Assembly (NCBI GenBank): GCA_041690295.1
Contig: JAWLHR010000007.1
Span: 1 to 64,000, forward strand
Reading direction: 5' to 3'
Length of the DNA: 64,000 bases
DNA from: Bdellovibrionales bacterium
GTDB taxonomy: Bacteria > Bdellovibrionota > Bdellovibrionia > Bdellovibrionales > UBA1609
Made by a program: the position numbers and the translations under genes. Every line of letters begins with the position of its first letter. Position 1 is the first letter of the stretch. Below, in pieces: positions 18,303 to 27,522 of this stretch. Below the pieces are notes generated by a model, which was not told where the DNA came from, did no database searches, and saw only the letters and a list, made by a program, of their open reading frames with translations.

Positions 18303-20437
18303 CGGAACCACCACCCCCGGCACGAGTTTTTAACCTGAACCGCGAACCGATCTTCGGACAGGAAATTCATGAACATTGTTTGCTTTCCCTTCACCTTCGC
18401 GGCGGCCAAAAGATACCGTTCGGGAACAAAGGCCGCTTCCACGCAGGGATGGTTGAGGAGATTTTTGACCCTCTCGGCGCTGGCCAAAGGATCGTACTCG
18501 CAAGAGAACTCCTCATTTGAAAGTTTTATTTGGACCACGCTATCGAAATAATCTCTGATGTCTTGGTCCGTTTTCAGGAAGTTTTTAAGATTTCTGATTG
18601 TAATTGAGCTAATGGAATTAGTGCCCGAGAACCGTGAGATCAATGGCACATAGCACTCGTCGCAAAAGCCCGCTTCGGTTTCGTTATTCCCCGAGGGAGC
18701 CTGAACCATTTGACACACCAAAATGATATTTTCCCAAGTTTCGGCGACCTTATCGGCTTTATTTTTTTGCTTTTTGATGATCTCCCTCTGTCGACGGAAA
18801 GCGTCTTTCAAATCGGATGAAACTTCCATACTTCGTTTGCACTGGCGCTCGATCCGTTGAACCAGGTTCTCGCCATAGAGCGGGTCCTCAAGGTCTCCTT
18901 TTTTGTCATCCGTTGGATTTAACCTTTCAAAATAGAAATAGGCTCCGGACAGTTCACTGAACTGTTTGTAGCTGAGGGGTTTGGAGAAATCCGCGTTCAA
19001 GTATAAATTCAACGCGTCTTCATTCGTTAGCCGGCATCCATTTTTGCAAATGTACGGATCGTGATTTGAGTTCAATGAATGAAGGGAATTGTAGATGTTT
19101 TCACGCTTATACCAATCGTCATTGCCGAGGCCCAACTGCGCCAGTGCCTGATTCCGCTTCTGCGTCAGCTTTTCCTGAATGGCGGTGTATTCCTCATGGT
19201 TGACAAGCCGGCCTTCAGCCGAACTATGTCCATCGGGATACTTCCGCTTTTCAATTAGGCATTCCAGCGTGAATTTCTTGAAATTGACGGTGTGCGGGTT
19301 TTTCTTGTCGCCGACCAATTTCACTTCCAACAGCCCGTGGTCATTCACCTCGAGCAAATCCCGACCGAGCCGATTTTTCAATTCACGCTCACAGTCCGCA
19401 TCCGGTTTATCCTGACAACTCCTCGTGACTTCGGAGACGGGTTTGACGGATGAGACTTTTTCCAGCTCGTCGTCTTTAACCCAGCCGATGGAGTTACGTG
19501 CGGTTCGAATCAGCGTCCAACCCTGCAGATCGCAATCCAGGCCGCGGCTCAGCACAACGTATTTGCCCGAGACTTGGCCGATTTCACGTCCCTCGGATCG
19601 CGAAAACATCTTGTTGAACTCCCCCGCGTTACCCGCGCCTTCGGTGTTGCACAACGGCGGGCTCGTGGTGATCGGAACCTTCGCGGAAAGTGTACGCTCC
19701 GTGAGCGCTTCCGCGTTGCTGCCGAGCTGTGATGGGCGGGGAGGTTTGTCCCACTCGAGGGTGTCACCGATTTCTTTTAAGTTTTGCTGAATGAAGAATC
19801 CGAAATAGTTTGGCCGGGGAAACGTTTTCGAGCGGGCCGCGGCTCGGGCTCGTTGGGCGGTATTGCCCAGATTATATAAAGAAACCAAAATTTCGGGATT
19901 TTTGGAAATATCAATTCCAGCTTTGGCGTAATCGTCCTGGGCTTTTCTCAGGATCGCGCCCGCGTATCGGATGGCCCCGAGCGGAGTCAAAAGCTCTTGG
20001 GCCACCTGAGTCGATGTCGCCGGCGGGCGGCTTTCAATCTTCGCAAGGAGCGGCTCCACTTCCATGGCGGCTTCCAGGTTGATTTGTCCCAGACCGATCG
20101 TGAAGGTTTTGCCGAAGACGGATGCCGAGGGAGTTAAGCGCGTACGAACCAAAAAATTCTGAATGTCATCGTCGATCTGAACATTCAATGTGTTTTCCGC
20201 GAGAATCGCACCGGCGATGGCGCGCGAATCCACGCCCAACTTCTGACCCACCTCTTTGATGGGGTCGCGCAAAATGCGGACAGTTTCAAGAATGGCGGGT
20301 TTAGGTTTAATAAAGGTGCCATCCGCATTGCGCACGTACGTGCACATTTTATCGTAGGTGCACAAGTCCGAATAGCTGACCTCAGCGGCATGAACCGCCG
20401 GCGCCGCCATGACGAACATCAAAATGATCAGACGCAT
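18299..20437 (-). CDS. Secreted multidomain protein with an N-terminal lysozyme-like (DUF1402/SLT-like) domain
   Basis: Signal peptide; ILAEN, IGLGQIN and SLYNLG motifs in lytic-transglycosylase order; SH3b-like segment (IGWVK); Cys-rich C-terminal half. Confidence 0.7.
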   Translation of the reverse strand: MRLIILMFVMAAPAVHAAEVSYSDLCTYDKMCTYVRNADGTFIKPKPAILETVRILRDPIKEVGQKLGVDSRAIAGAILAENTLNVQIDDDIQNFLVRTRLTPSASVFGKTFTIGLGQINLEAAMEVEPLLAKIESRPPATSTQVAQELLTPLGAIRYAGAILRKAQDDYAKAGIDISKNPEILVSLYNLGNTAQRARAAARSKTFPRPNYFGFFIQQNLKEIGDTLEWDKPPRPSQLGSNAEALTERTLSAKVPITTSPPLCNTEGAGNAGEFNKMFSRSEGREIGQVSGKYVVLSRGLDCDLQGWTLIRTARNSIGWVKDDELEKVSSVKPVSEVTRSCQDKPDADCERELKNRLGRDLLEVNDHGLLEVKLVGDKKNPHTVNFKKFTLECLIEKRKYPDGHSSAEGRLVNHEEYTAIQEKLTQKRNQALAQLGLGNDDWYKRENIYNSLHSLNSNHDPYICKNGCRLTNEDALNLYLNADFSKPLSYKQFSELSGAYFYFERLNPTDDKKGDLEDPLYGENLVQRIERQCKRSMEVSSDLKDAFRRQREIIKKQKNKADKVAETWENIILVCQMVQAPSGNNETEAGFCDECYVPLISRFSGTNSISSITIRNLKNFLKTDQDIRDYFDSVVQIKLSNEEFSCEYDPLASAERVKNLLNHPCVEAAFVPERYLLAAAKVKGKQTMFMNFLSEDRFAVQVKNSCRGWWFR

Positions 20438-20519
20438 GATTATCTATCGGTTACCGTTTTCTTCGTCCTGAGAGTTTCCGCTCAGCAACTGGCTTTTCGT
20501 CCGGTCAAAGGTGGGCGGC

Positions 20520-20804
20520 CTATTGATAAGGGCCCGAGCAGTCGTAAGACGTTTTCGAGAAATAACTTTCCGAGCCGTTCATTGAGCAATGTTTGAAATA
20601 AAAATCGAATTGCTCCGAGGAGCCACCCCCTCGCTTGGGCATTGGTTTGCGAATGGCCATGTCACCGGAAAACGCGGCGGCGGGAGCGCGGCTATTCAAA
20701 TCGCTTTCCGGCATAAGAAAGGTGGAGTCATCTTCGGTCGTTGCACAACCGGCGACTAAAATCACAGCGCTAAGTCGGAGAATCTTCCGCAAGAGCTTCG
20801 CCAC
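20520..20804 (-). CDS. Small lipoprotein
   Basis: Basic N-terminus, hydrophobic core, lipobox LVAG-C; two further Cys near the C-terminus. Confidence 0.7.
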   Translation of the reverse strand: MAKLLRKILRLSAVILVAGCATTEDDSTFLMPESDLNSRAPAAAFSGDMAIRKPMPKRGGGSSEQFDFYFKHCSMNGSESYFSKTSYDCSGPYQ

Positions 20805-20946
20805 TCTTAAAAGCTATCATCGAACGAGAAACTCCATCAGTCCCGAATTCGGTGTTAGCTTATAACGCGACCAGCTATGAGGCGCAGCTTTTTCGCCACA
20901 GGTGTGCTGAATTCAACTCAGGACTGGAAACTGGACCATTCAAGAA

Positions 20947-21012
20947 AATCAATAGGTTAACAGGTGTATTTAAGACTTTCCTCGAGGCGGGAAAGCAGGC
21001 ATAAACCTTGAA
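20947..21012 (+). promoter_or_regulatory. IHF consensus site plus a sigma54-like -24/-12 element upstream of lpxC
   Basis: AATCAATAGGTTA (20947-20959) matches WATCAANNNNTTR. AGGCAT-N5-TTGAA (20997-21012) has GA in place of the canonical GC. Confidence 0.4.
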
Positions 21013-21029
21013 CAAGAAATCAAAAATCT

Positions 21030-21923
21030 ATGTTTTTACAAAGAACGATTCGCCAAAAGGCGGTGGTGAAGGGAATCGGCCTTCACACCGGCAAGCCAGC
21101 CACGCTCACGTTTTGTCCCGCGCCGGAAGGCACCGGGATTTATTTTATCCGGCGCGACCTGCCGGGAAGCCCTTCGCTTTCCACGCAGGCGGATCGGGTC
21201 ACGGCGACGACCATGGCCACCACCCTTGGTGGCGAGGTCTTTTCCGTCGCCACGGTCGAGCATTGTCTTTCGACCCTGGCGGCGCTCAGAATCGACAATC
21301 TCTTTATTGAATTGGACGGACCGGAAATCCCCATAGGAGACGGCAGCGCGGCCGCGTTCCTCGAGGCCATTCTCGCCGCCGGTTTGGTCGAGCAAAATGT
21401 GCCGCGCAAATACGCTTACATCACCCAGCCGATTTTGGTGGGCGATGAAGAAAAACACGCCTATGTGACACCCTATAACGGGCTTCGGGTCACCTGCACG
21501 ATTGAATTCCCTCACCCGAAGATCGGTCGCCAGACATTGGATATCGATGTGACCGAACAGACCTTCGCCCGCGAAATCGCCCGGGCCCGCACTTTCGGCT
21601 TCCTCAAAGATGTGGAAATGTTACGCTCCAAAGGTTTGGCCCTTGGCGGAAGCCTGGAAAACGCGATTGTTTTGGACCACGCCGAAATACTCAATCCCGA
21701 GGGCCTTAGGTGGGAAAACGAGTTCGTCCGGCACAAAGTGCTTGATGCCTTGGGAGATTTGGTGACGTTGGGCATGCCGTTAATGGGCCATATCGTTTTA
21801 AATCGGGCGGGGCATGACCTGATGAATCGGATGGTGCGAAAAATCCTCGAATCTCCGGATCGCTACAGACATATAGAGCTGGGAGCCGATCTCCCTGTTG
21901 ACCCCCCTTATCTGGACGGCTAA
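21030..21923 (+). CDS. lpxC: UDP-3-O-acyl-GlcNAc deacetylase
   Basis: GIGLHTG, TVEHCLS, ARARTFGF and RHKVLDALGD motifs. Confidence 0.98.
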   Translation: MFLQRTIRQKAVVKGIGLHTGKPATLTFCPAPEGTGIYFIRRDLPGSPSLSTQADRVTATTMATTLGGEVFSVATVEHCLSTLAALRIDNLFIELDGPEIPIGDGSAAAFLEAILAAGLVEQNVPRKYAYITQPILVGDEEKHAYVTPYNGLRVTCTIEFPHPKIGRQTLDIDVTEQTFAREIARARTFGFLKDVEMLRSKGLALGGSLENAIVLDHAEILNPEGLRWENEFVRHKVLDALGDLVTLGMPLMGHIVLNRAGHDLMNRMVRKILESPDRYRHIELGADLPVDPPYLDG

Positions 21924-21951
21924 ACATCGCTCTATATCAAGGAGCGAAGTC

Positions 21952-23058
21952 ATGATTATCGGCGTCCCAAAGGAAATCAAAATCAGTGAAAACCGCGTGG
22001 GTCTAACCGAGGCGGGCGTCAAACAGCTGGTGAGCGAAGGTCATGCCGTGTACGTCGAACAAGACGCCGGCGTGGGCAGCGGAATCACCAATGAACAGTA
22101 CGAAAAGGCGGGCGCCAAGATTCTCCCGACCAAAAAAGACGTTTACGCCAAAGCGGACATGATCATCAAAGTGAAGGAACCGCTGCCGGACGAATACGAT
22201 CTGATGAAGGAAAATCAAATCTTGTACACGTACTTGCATCTCGCGGCGGAACCGAAATTGACTCGCGTTCTTTGTGAACGAAAAGTCAAAGCCATCGCCT
22301 ATGAAACCATTCAAGCCCCCGATGGCTCATTGCCCCTTCTTACGCCCATGAGTGAAGTCGCCGGAAGAATGGCCACTCAGGTCGGCGCTTTTTATCTGCA
22401 AAAGGATCATGGCGGAAAAGGTGTTTTACTCGGTGGCGTGACCGGAGTTGAGCGCGCCCGCGTGGCCATCATCGGTGGCGGCGTGGTCGGCGTTAACGCC
22501 GCCAAAATGGCCGTGGGTCTCGGCGCGCAAGTCACGATTCTCGATGTGAATCGCGCGCGTTTGGAATACCTCGATCACATTTTCCAAGGCCGCATCTCCA
22601 CTCTTTATTCCAACGTTCAAAACATCGAAAAAACGGTGTCGGAGGCCGATTTAGTGGTGGGCGCGGTTTTGATCACCGGACATAAAGCACCGACCTTGGT
22701 GACAAAATCCATGGTGAGTTCGATGGGCGCCGGCAGTGTGGTGGTGGACGTGGCGGTCGATCAGGGCGGTTGCATTGAGACCTGCCGTCCGACCTCTCAC
22801 ACCAATCCCACGTTCGAAGTGGACGGCGTGATTCACTATTGCGTACCCAATATGCCGGGCGTGGTGCCGAGGACTTCGACGTATGCTTTGACCAGCGCCA
22901 CGATTAAATACGCTTCCATGTTGGCTGAACTGGGTGTTGAAGACGCGATCGCCAAAGATCCGTGCCTCTATAAAGGTCTCAACGTCTACGGCGGCTACGT
23001 GGCTTACGAGCCGGTGGCGCGTGACCTCAACATGGAATACAGACCTTACAAACTCTGA
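21952..23058 (+). CDS. ald: Alanine dehydrogenase
   Basis: GVPKEIK..ENRV, MSEVAGR and HYCVPNMPG motifs; AAGGAG RBS before ATG 21952. Confidence 0.97.
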   Translation: MIIGVPKEIKISENRVGLTEAGVKQLVSEGHAVYVEQDAGVGSGITNEQYEKAGAKILPTKKDVYAKADMIIKVKEPLPDEYDLMKENQILYTYLHLAAEPKLTRVLCERKVKAIAYETIQAPDGSLPLLTPMSEVAGRMATQVGAFYLQKDHGGKGVLLGGVTGVERARVAIIGGGVVGVNAAKMAVGLGAQVTILDVNRARLEYLDHIFQGRISTLYSNVQNIEKTVSEADLVVGAVLITGHKAPTLVTKSMVSSMGAGSVVVDVAVDQGGCIETCRPTSHTNPTFEVDGVIHYCVPNMPGVVPRTSTYALTSATIKYASMLAELGVEDAIAKDPCLYKGLNVYGGYVAYEPVARDLNMEYRPYKL

Positions 23059-23775
23059 TCACCAAATGTGAATGTGTCCCCAATCTTCCGTGCTGAGGAC
23101 GGGGACACCGTACCTTCTGACTTTCTTTTCGGTTTCGCGATGAGGATGGCCGTACCGTCGCCGGCGGGCGCTGGCGAAGGCCATCTTTAACCGAGTGAGT
23201 TGAGATAAAAGCGCGTGGGAAGTGGAAGTGCGACTGCCGTGGTGACCGAGAATCAAAACGCGCACGCGATCCAGATCGGAAAAATCCCCAACCCAAGTTT
23301 TCTCAATCGCTTGGCTGGAATCGCCGGGAATGAGAAATCCGTTCCATAGAACCACGCGGCTCAGGTCATTGGCGGTCTTCGCATTTTCCGGAGACCAAAT
23401 GAAAAACGGAGTTTGACCGGAACATTCCGGCAAACGCCCAACCATTTTCGATTTCTTTTTATTGGATGTTTCCTTTGGGAGCGGCCAACGGCAAAGATTG
23501 GGCAAAAAGAAAGTCGCGCGAGCGGAGAATCCAATATGATCCCAATCCCAATGACTTAAAAACAGGAAGTTCGCGCGTGAGCGGCAAAGGTTCATCAGCT
23601 TGGACCACGGGGCCCGTTCACCGCCCATGTCGAAGTGCCAACAGCCTTGATGATTGATGTGCGTGACCCATTGGCCTTGTCCGACGTTCCAGATGATCCA
23701 GCGATCGGGCGTCTCGTTTTCGATGGGTTTCGAGGTCAGAATGATCAACACGAAGACCAACGCGCGCGCCGGCAT
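23059..23775 (-). CDS. ComEC-type metallo-beta-lactamase domain protein (stand-alone)
   Basis: NVGQG, SHWDWDH, PGD, GHHGS and YGHPH motifs. Start chosen at ATG 23775, followed by a hydrophobic anchor. Confidence 0.8.
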   Translation of the reverse strand: MPARALVFVLIILTSKPIENETPDRWIIWNVGQGQWVTHINHQGCWHFDMGGERAPWSKLMNLCRSRANFLFLSHWDWDHIGFSARATFFLPNLCRWPLPKETSNKKKSKMVGRLPECSGQTPFFIWSPENAKTANDLSRVVLWNGFLIPGDSSQAIEKTWVGDFSDLDRVRVLILGHHGSRTSTSHALLSQLTRLKMAFASARRRRYGHPHRETEKKVRRYGVPVLSTEDWGHIHIW

Positions 23776-24560
23776 GGAACCTCCAAAAGCAAAAGCACGA
23801 GATGCAAAGTCAACGGAAAGAGAAACAACCAGCGCCCACTTAAAACCCAAGGTGCGGGTTGGGATTCGGGGCAATGTTGAAGAACCACCAGCAAAATCTT
23901 CCAGAAAAAATCGCCCACCGGCGTGAGCCATGGACAGAGGGCCACGAGCAAACAAAGGGGAAAAAGTAGAGCGCCCACCAGGGGCGCGATGAGGATATTC
24001 ACTAAGAGCGTGGAGGGAGAGTTTGGACAAAACAGGAGCAAGAAAAGGTAACAGTACGCACACTGGGAAATCGTGCGGTTAATGATGACCGGCGGGAGAC
24101 TGAGCGCCAACCCGCATAGCCAACTCATCATAAAGGATCGTGAAAACAACCAGGGTGGATAAAGCAGAACGATGACTAAAATCGTCACGAACTCAAATTG
24201 CAATCCGGAGGCGAAGGTGGAGCGTCCGGTGAGTCCGATCACACGGCGCGCCCACGCTCTCACAACAGGGGCGCCGAAGCTGCAAATCCAACAGTAAAGT
24301 CCCAAGATCGTGAGACGAACTCGGCTGGAAAATGGACTCATCCACCTTTCAAGAAAATGAAGATGCGCACCGGAGACGATCAAAAGGTGCAGCAGTCCGG
24401 TATCGATAAATAATTGTCGGTGGGCGCCATTGGTGATTGGAGCTCCGCATATCAATGCCGTATAAAGTTCATGAAAATTTGAATTCGGCATCCACGACGT
24501 GCACAACTTTGCGCCGCCCCAGATAACTGAATGAATGGCTTCGATCACAATCGAACACAA
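23745..24560 (-). CDS. comEC: ComEC/Rec2 competence membrane domain protein (start uncertain; ATG 24491 possible)
   Basis: GLLHLLIVSGAHL and PVVRA motifs, multiple TM helices. Confidence 0.8.
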   Translation of the reverse strand: MCSIVIEAIHSVIWGGAKLCTSWMPNSNFHELYTALICGAPITNGAHRQLFIDTGLLHLLIVSGAHLHFLERWMSPFSSRVRLTILGLYCWICSFGAPVVRAWARRVIGLTGRSTFASGLQFEFVTILVIVLLYPPWLFSRSFMMSWLCGLALSLPPVIINRTISQCAYCYLFLLLFCPNSPSTLLVNILIAPLVGALLFPLCLLVALCPWLTPVGDFFWKILLVVLQHCPESQPAPWVLSGRWLFLFPLTLHLVLLLLEVPCRRARWSSC

Positions 24561-24788
24561 GTTTGCAATTCATGTTCACGCCCGGTGATTTGAAATTTTG
24601 GGTTCAATATCTGAGCGAGTCCGAAACTCGGATTTAAGAATGTGAATTCGTCGGAAATTTTTAGCTACGATTATTCTAAAAATCGTGTCGTGACGTGCAT
24701 TTATCAGTGCTTATCTCTTGTGCAAACCGCTGAAAGCCGCGTCTATACTCAGGTCCAGGATGCGCACTGGTAGGAAGTCCACATTTTG

Positions 24789-24797
24789 TGTGGATAA
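24789..24797 (-). promoter_or_regulatory. Perfect DnaA box (TTATCCACA)
   Basis: TGTGGATAA on the + strand in the divergent comEC / TPR-LysM-dprA intergenic region. Confidence 0.35.
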
Positions 24798-24875
24798 ATC
24801 TTAACCAATTCACAATAACTCGGCACATCTTGCAAAAAACCCACAGTTCTCTACCATCGAAAGTGGAGGTGGGAG

Positions 24876-25343
24876 ATGTGGAAGCACTTGGTCATCGCGA
24901 CCCTGATTCCGATCTCAGGTTTCGCTGCGGTTCCTAAAAAATTGTCTCATTTCCCTGAAGGTGAGCGGCTCATCTATGGGCGGCTGCTCGACTCTTATCG
25001 TCGAAATCAACTGTCAAAGGTGATTGAACAGCGCAATCTTTTGGAGCGGAACTATCCCGCATCAATTCATTTGGACAATGCCTACTTTTTGTCCGGCACT
25101 TTACTTTTTCAAAACGGGCAGTACGGCGAAGCGATTCGCGACTTCAATATCGTGCGCGAACGGTTTCCTAAATCCAACAAGAGACCCAGCGCCCTTTTTG
25201 GATTGGCCATGGCCTACGACCGCCTCGGACTTAAGGAATTGGCCAATAAAGTTTTGCAGCAGTTGTTGAAAGAATATCCTGGCAGTCAAGAATCGCAGAG
25301 GGCATGGATGCAACTGCGAATCGATAAGCAAGGATTGCAGTAA
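24876..25343 (+). CDS. Exported TPR protein (CpoB/YbgF- or BamD-like TPR)
   Basis: GGAGG RBS, signal peptide, repeated YP.S / FP.S TPR caps. Confidence 0.8.
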   Translation: MWKHLVIATLIPISGFAAVPKKLSHFPEGERLIYGRLLDSYRRNQLSKVIEQRNLLERNYPASIHLDNAYFLSGTLLFQNGQYGEAIRDFNIVRERFPKSNKRPSALFGLAMAYDRLGLKELANKVLQQLLKEYPGSQESQRAWMQLRIDKQGLQ

Positions 25344-25374
25344 GAAAAACAGATTGAACAAGGACGTTCACTGT

Positions 25375-26730
25375 ATGCGAAATCTTTATCTGATCGGATT
25401 GTTCTCGATGGCCATCCCGGCGTCAGCCGCGAACTTTGATCCGCCGGACCTTCAATTGGAAATGGAAATGCACCGCCAGTACCTGCGAAGCCGTGGGTTG
25501 GCAGAAGTGCCATCAGCCACCAAAGACAGCTACATTGAGAATTACCGCATCCAGGAAGGTGAAACACTCTGGAAACTGAGTGAGATTCTCTATGGTGATG
25601 GTCATTTTTGGCCGCGGGTTTGGTCGCAAAACAGATCCATTACCAATCCGCACCTCATTCGACCGGGACACATTCTTCAGTTCATTCTCGGGTCGGAGGA
25701 TGAAACGCCCTCGTTCCGTTTCACCGAGCCCGGAGACCAGGGCTTGGAGTTGGCGGCTGGTCCCGGTGGGAATAACAACCCGCTGATTGATATCCCGCCG
25801 CCCGAGATTCCGCCCAAGCCGGTTCTGAAACTGCCGAAAAGTTTTCCCCAGTGGCAGACCGTTTACAAACGAACGCCCGTGCGCGTGACCGATGATCGTG
25901 GACTCCTGCGACCGGTGAAGTCGCGGATCGGGAAAACCTATCTCACCGCATTCGTTCAGGAAGAACGGTTAAAACACATCGGTAAGTTTCTTGAAACCGA
26001 CATGCACACCACGCTGCCGGTCGTGAACCAGTACGTTTACGTTCAAATCGAAAAAGGAATGGGACAAGCCGGCCAAAAAATGCTGATCGTTCGCGACGGT
26101 GGCAAGATTAAACGGCAAAACAGCAATGTGGAGATCGACGGCGAGGCCTGGATCGTCCAAATCGCGGGTGAAGTGGAATTGAGTGAGATCGTCCCGTCCG
26201 AAGATGACAGTTATGATGTCTACCGCGCCTTGGTGACAAAGGCCGTCAGTCTCAGCACCGGAGAATACGGCGTGATTCCGGGGCAGGTGGAGCAAGTGGA
26301 TTTGAGCTACATGGGCACACCCGGAACCACCGTCGCGCAAGTGATTGGAAACGGCCGCAGCGCCACCAGCGCCCTTTTCTCGCCGGGAGATATTGTCTTT
26401 TTAAACAAAGGTTCCGCCAGCGGTTTGGCGCCGGATCAAATTTTGGATATTTATACTGACCGGACACTTCGCAAAAAAACCATCGTTCCGTTTTCTCCAG
26501 TTCCGGCCGGAACCGTACGGGTGGTCCGGGTGACGGAAAACCTGGCCACCGCCGTGATCCTCGGCGCGCGTGACGGAATTCTCCAAGGCGATCGCGTGCA
26601 ACAGGTGTCCAATCGTCACGCCGACAGTGAAGTCCTTGAATTTCAAGAAGATAAGTATCACCAGAATCAGGACGAAAGCTCCATCGAAGAAGATCTCGAA
26701 GAATCCGACGAGTTCGGTCTGGATTTCTGA
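25375..26730 (+). CDS. LysM peptidoglycan-binding exported protein
   Basis: YRIQEGETLWKLS...ITNPHLIRPG LysM domain; FlgT-C-like end (VFLNKGSASGL); acidic tail; lysM-dprA order. Confidence 0.88.
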   Translation: MRNLYLIGLFSMAIPASAANFDPPDLQLEMEMHRQYLRSRGLAEVPSATKDSYIENYRIQEGETLWKLSEILYGDGHFWPRVWSQNRSITNPHLIRPGHILQFILGSEDETPSFRFTEPGDQGLELAAGPGGNNNPLIDIPPPEIPPKPVLKLPKSFPQWQTVYKRTPVRVTDDRGLLRPVKSRIGKTYLTAFVQEERLKHIGKFLETDMHTTLPVVNQYVYVQIEKGMGQAGQKMLIVRDGGKIKRQNSNVEIDGEAWIVQIAGEVELSEIVPSEDDSYDVYRALVTKAVSLSTGEYGVIPGQVEQVDLSYMGTPGTTVAQVIGNGRSATSALFSPGDIVFLNKGSASGLAPDQILDIYTDRTLRKKTIVPFSPVPAGTVRVVRVTENLATAVILGARDGILQGDRVQQVSNRHADSEVLEFQEDKYHQNQDESSIEEDLEESDEFGLDF

Positions 26731-26766
26731 TTCTTAGGCCTGGGGTTTGCAATTCGCCCTGGGCAC

Positions 26767-27522
26767 ATGCTTCAACACATTCTGCAAAAAGAGTTCGAAC
26801 TTGATCCACATGAGGTGGACGATGTCCTTAAGACATCGAATGATCATGGCGTGCGATGGTCTTATCCGGGCCAAGCGGATTATCCCTTTTACTGGAATTT
26901 CCTCTCGAAAAAGCCTCCCGTGTTTTCCTATCTGGGGAATCCGGTTTGGAAGCAAATGCCCACGCTATCCGTGGTGGGAAGCCGCACGCCTTTGCGTGAA
27001 ACTTGTCTGTGGATGCAACGTGAGCTGGGACATTTTCTTCGCGACAACGAGATTTGCGTGGTCAGCGGCGGCGCGCGGGGAGTGGATCAGTGGGCGCACC
27101 GGTTGGCGATGGACTTTGGGCGCCCGACGGTCTGTGTTTTGCCAAGCGGACTGCTGGATCCTTATCCGCCCAATTTTTCCGAGGCCATTGGAAACCGGAT
27201 CTTGAAAGAGGGCGGTGCTTTGGTCAGCACGTTCCCTTTAAGAGAAGCCATGCGCAAAAGTCATTTTCATATTCGTAACCGGTGGATTTGCGGTTTTTCC
27301 CACACCACTTTTGTGGTCGAGGCCAACCGTCGCAGCGGATCCTGGTTAACCGCGCGGCTCGCGCGCGATGAAGGCCGTGAAGTCGCCACTTTGCCCGTGT
27401 TTCCCCATTCCAGCCAAGGTTTAGGCAATCTGGATCTGATTCATGATGGCGCGCAAATGATCCGGGACGCAAGTGATCTGGCGATCTTTTACGGTCGAAA
27501 TTCCCTTCGAATCTCGCCCTAG
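26767..27522 (+). CDS. dprA: DNA processing protein DprA/Smf (short form)
   Basis: VVGSR, VSGGARGVD, FHIRNRWI and VVEA...SGS motifs. Confidence 0.92.
   Translation: MLQHILQKEFELDPHEVDDVLKTSNDHGVRWSYPGQADYPFYWNFLSKKPPVFSYLGNPVWKQMPTLSVVGSRTPLRETCLWMQRELGHFLRDNEICVVSGGARGVDQWAHRLAMDFGRPTVCVLPSGLLDPYPPNFSEAIGNRILKEGGALVSTFPLREAMRKSHFHIRNRWICGFSHTTFVVEANRRSGSWLTARLARDEGREVATLPVFPHSSQGLGNLDLIHDGAQMIRDASDLAIFYGRNSLRISP

Noticed and set aside
23776..24063. Long N-terminal extension of the ComEC-MBL ORF given in the ORF track
   Set aside because: It overlaps the comEC membrane ORF in another frame and looks non-coding; ATG 23775 fits better.
24821..24834. CGGCACATCTTGCA as a sigma54 promoter
   Set aside because: Spacing is GG-N8-GC rather than the required N10.
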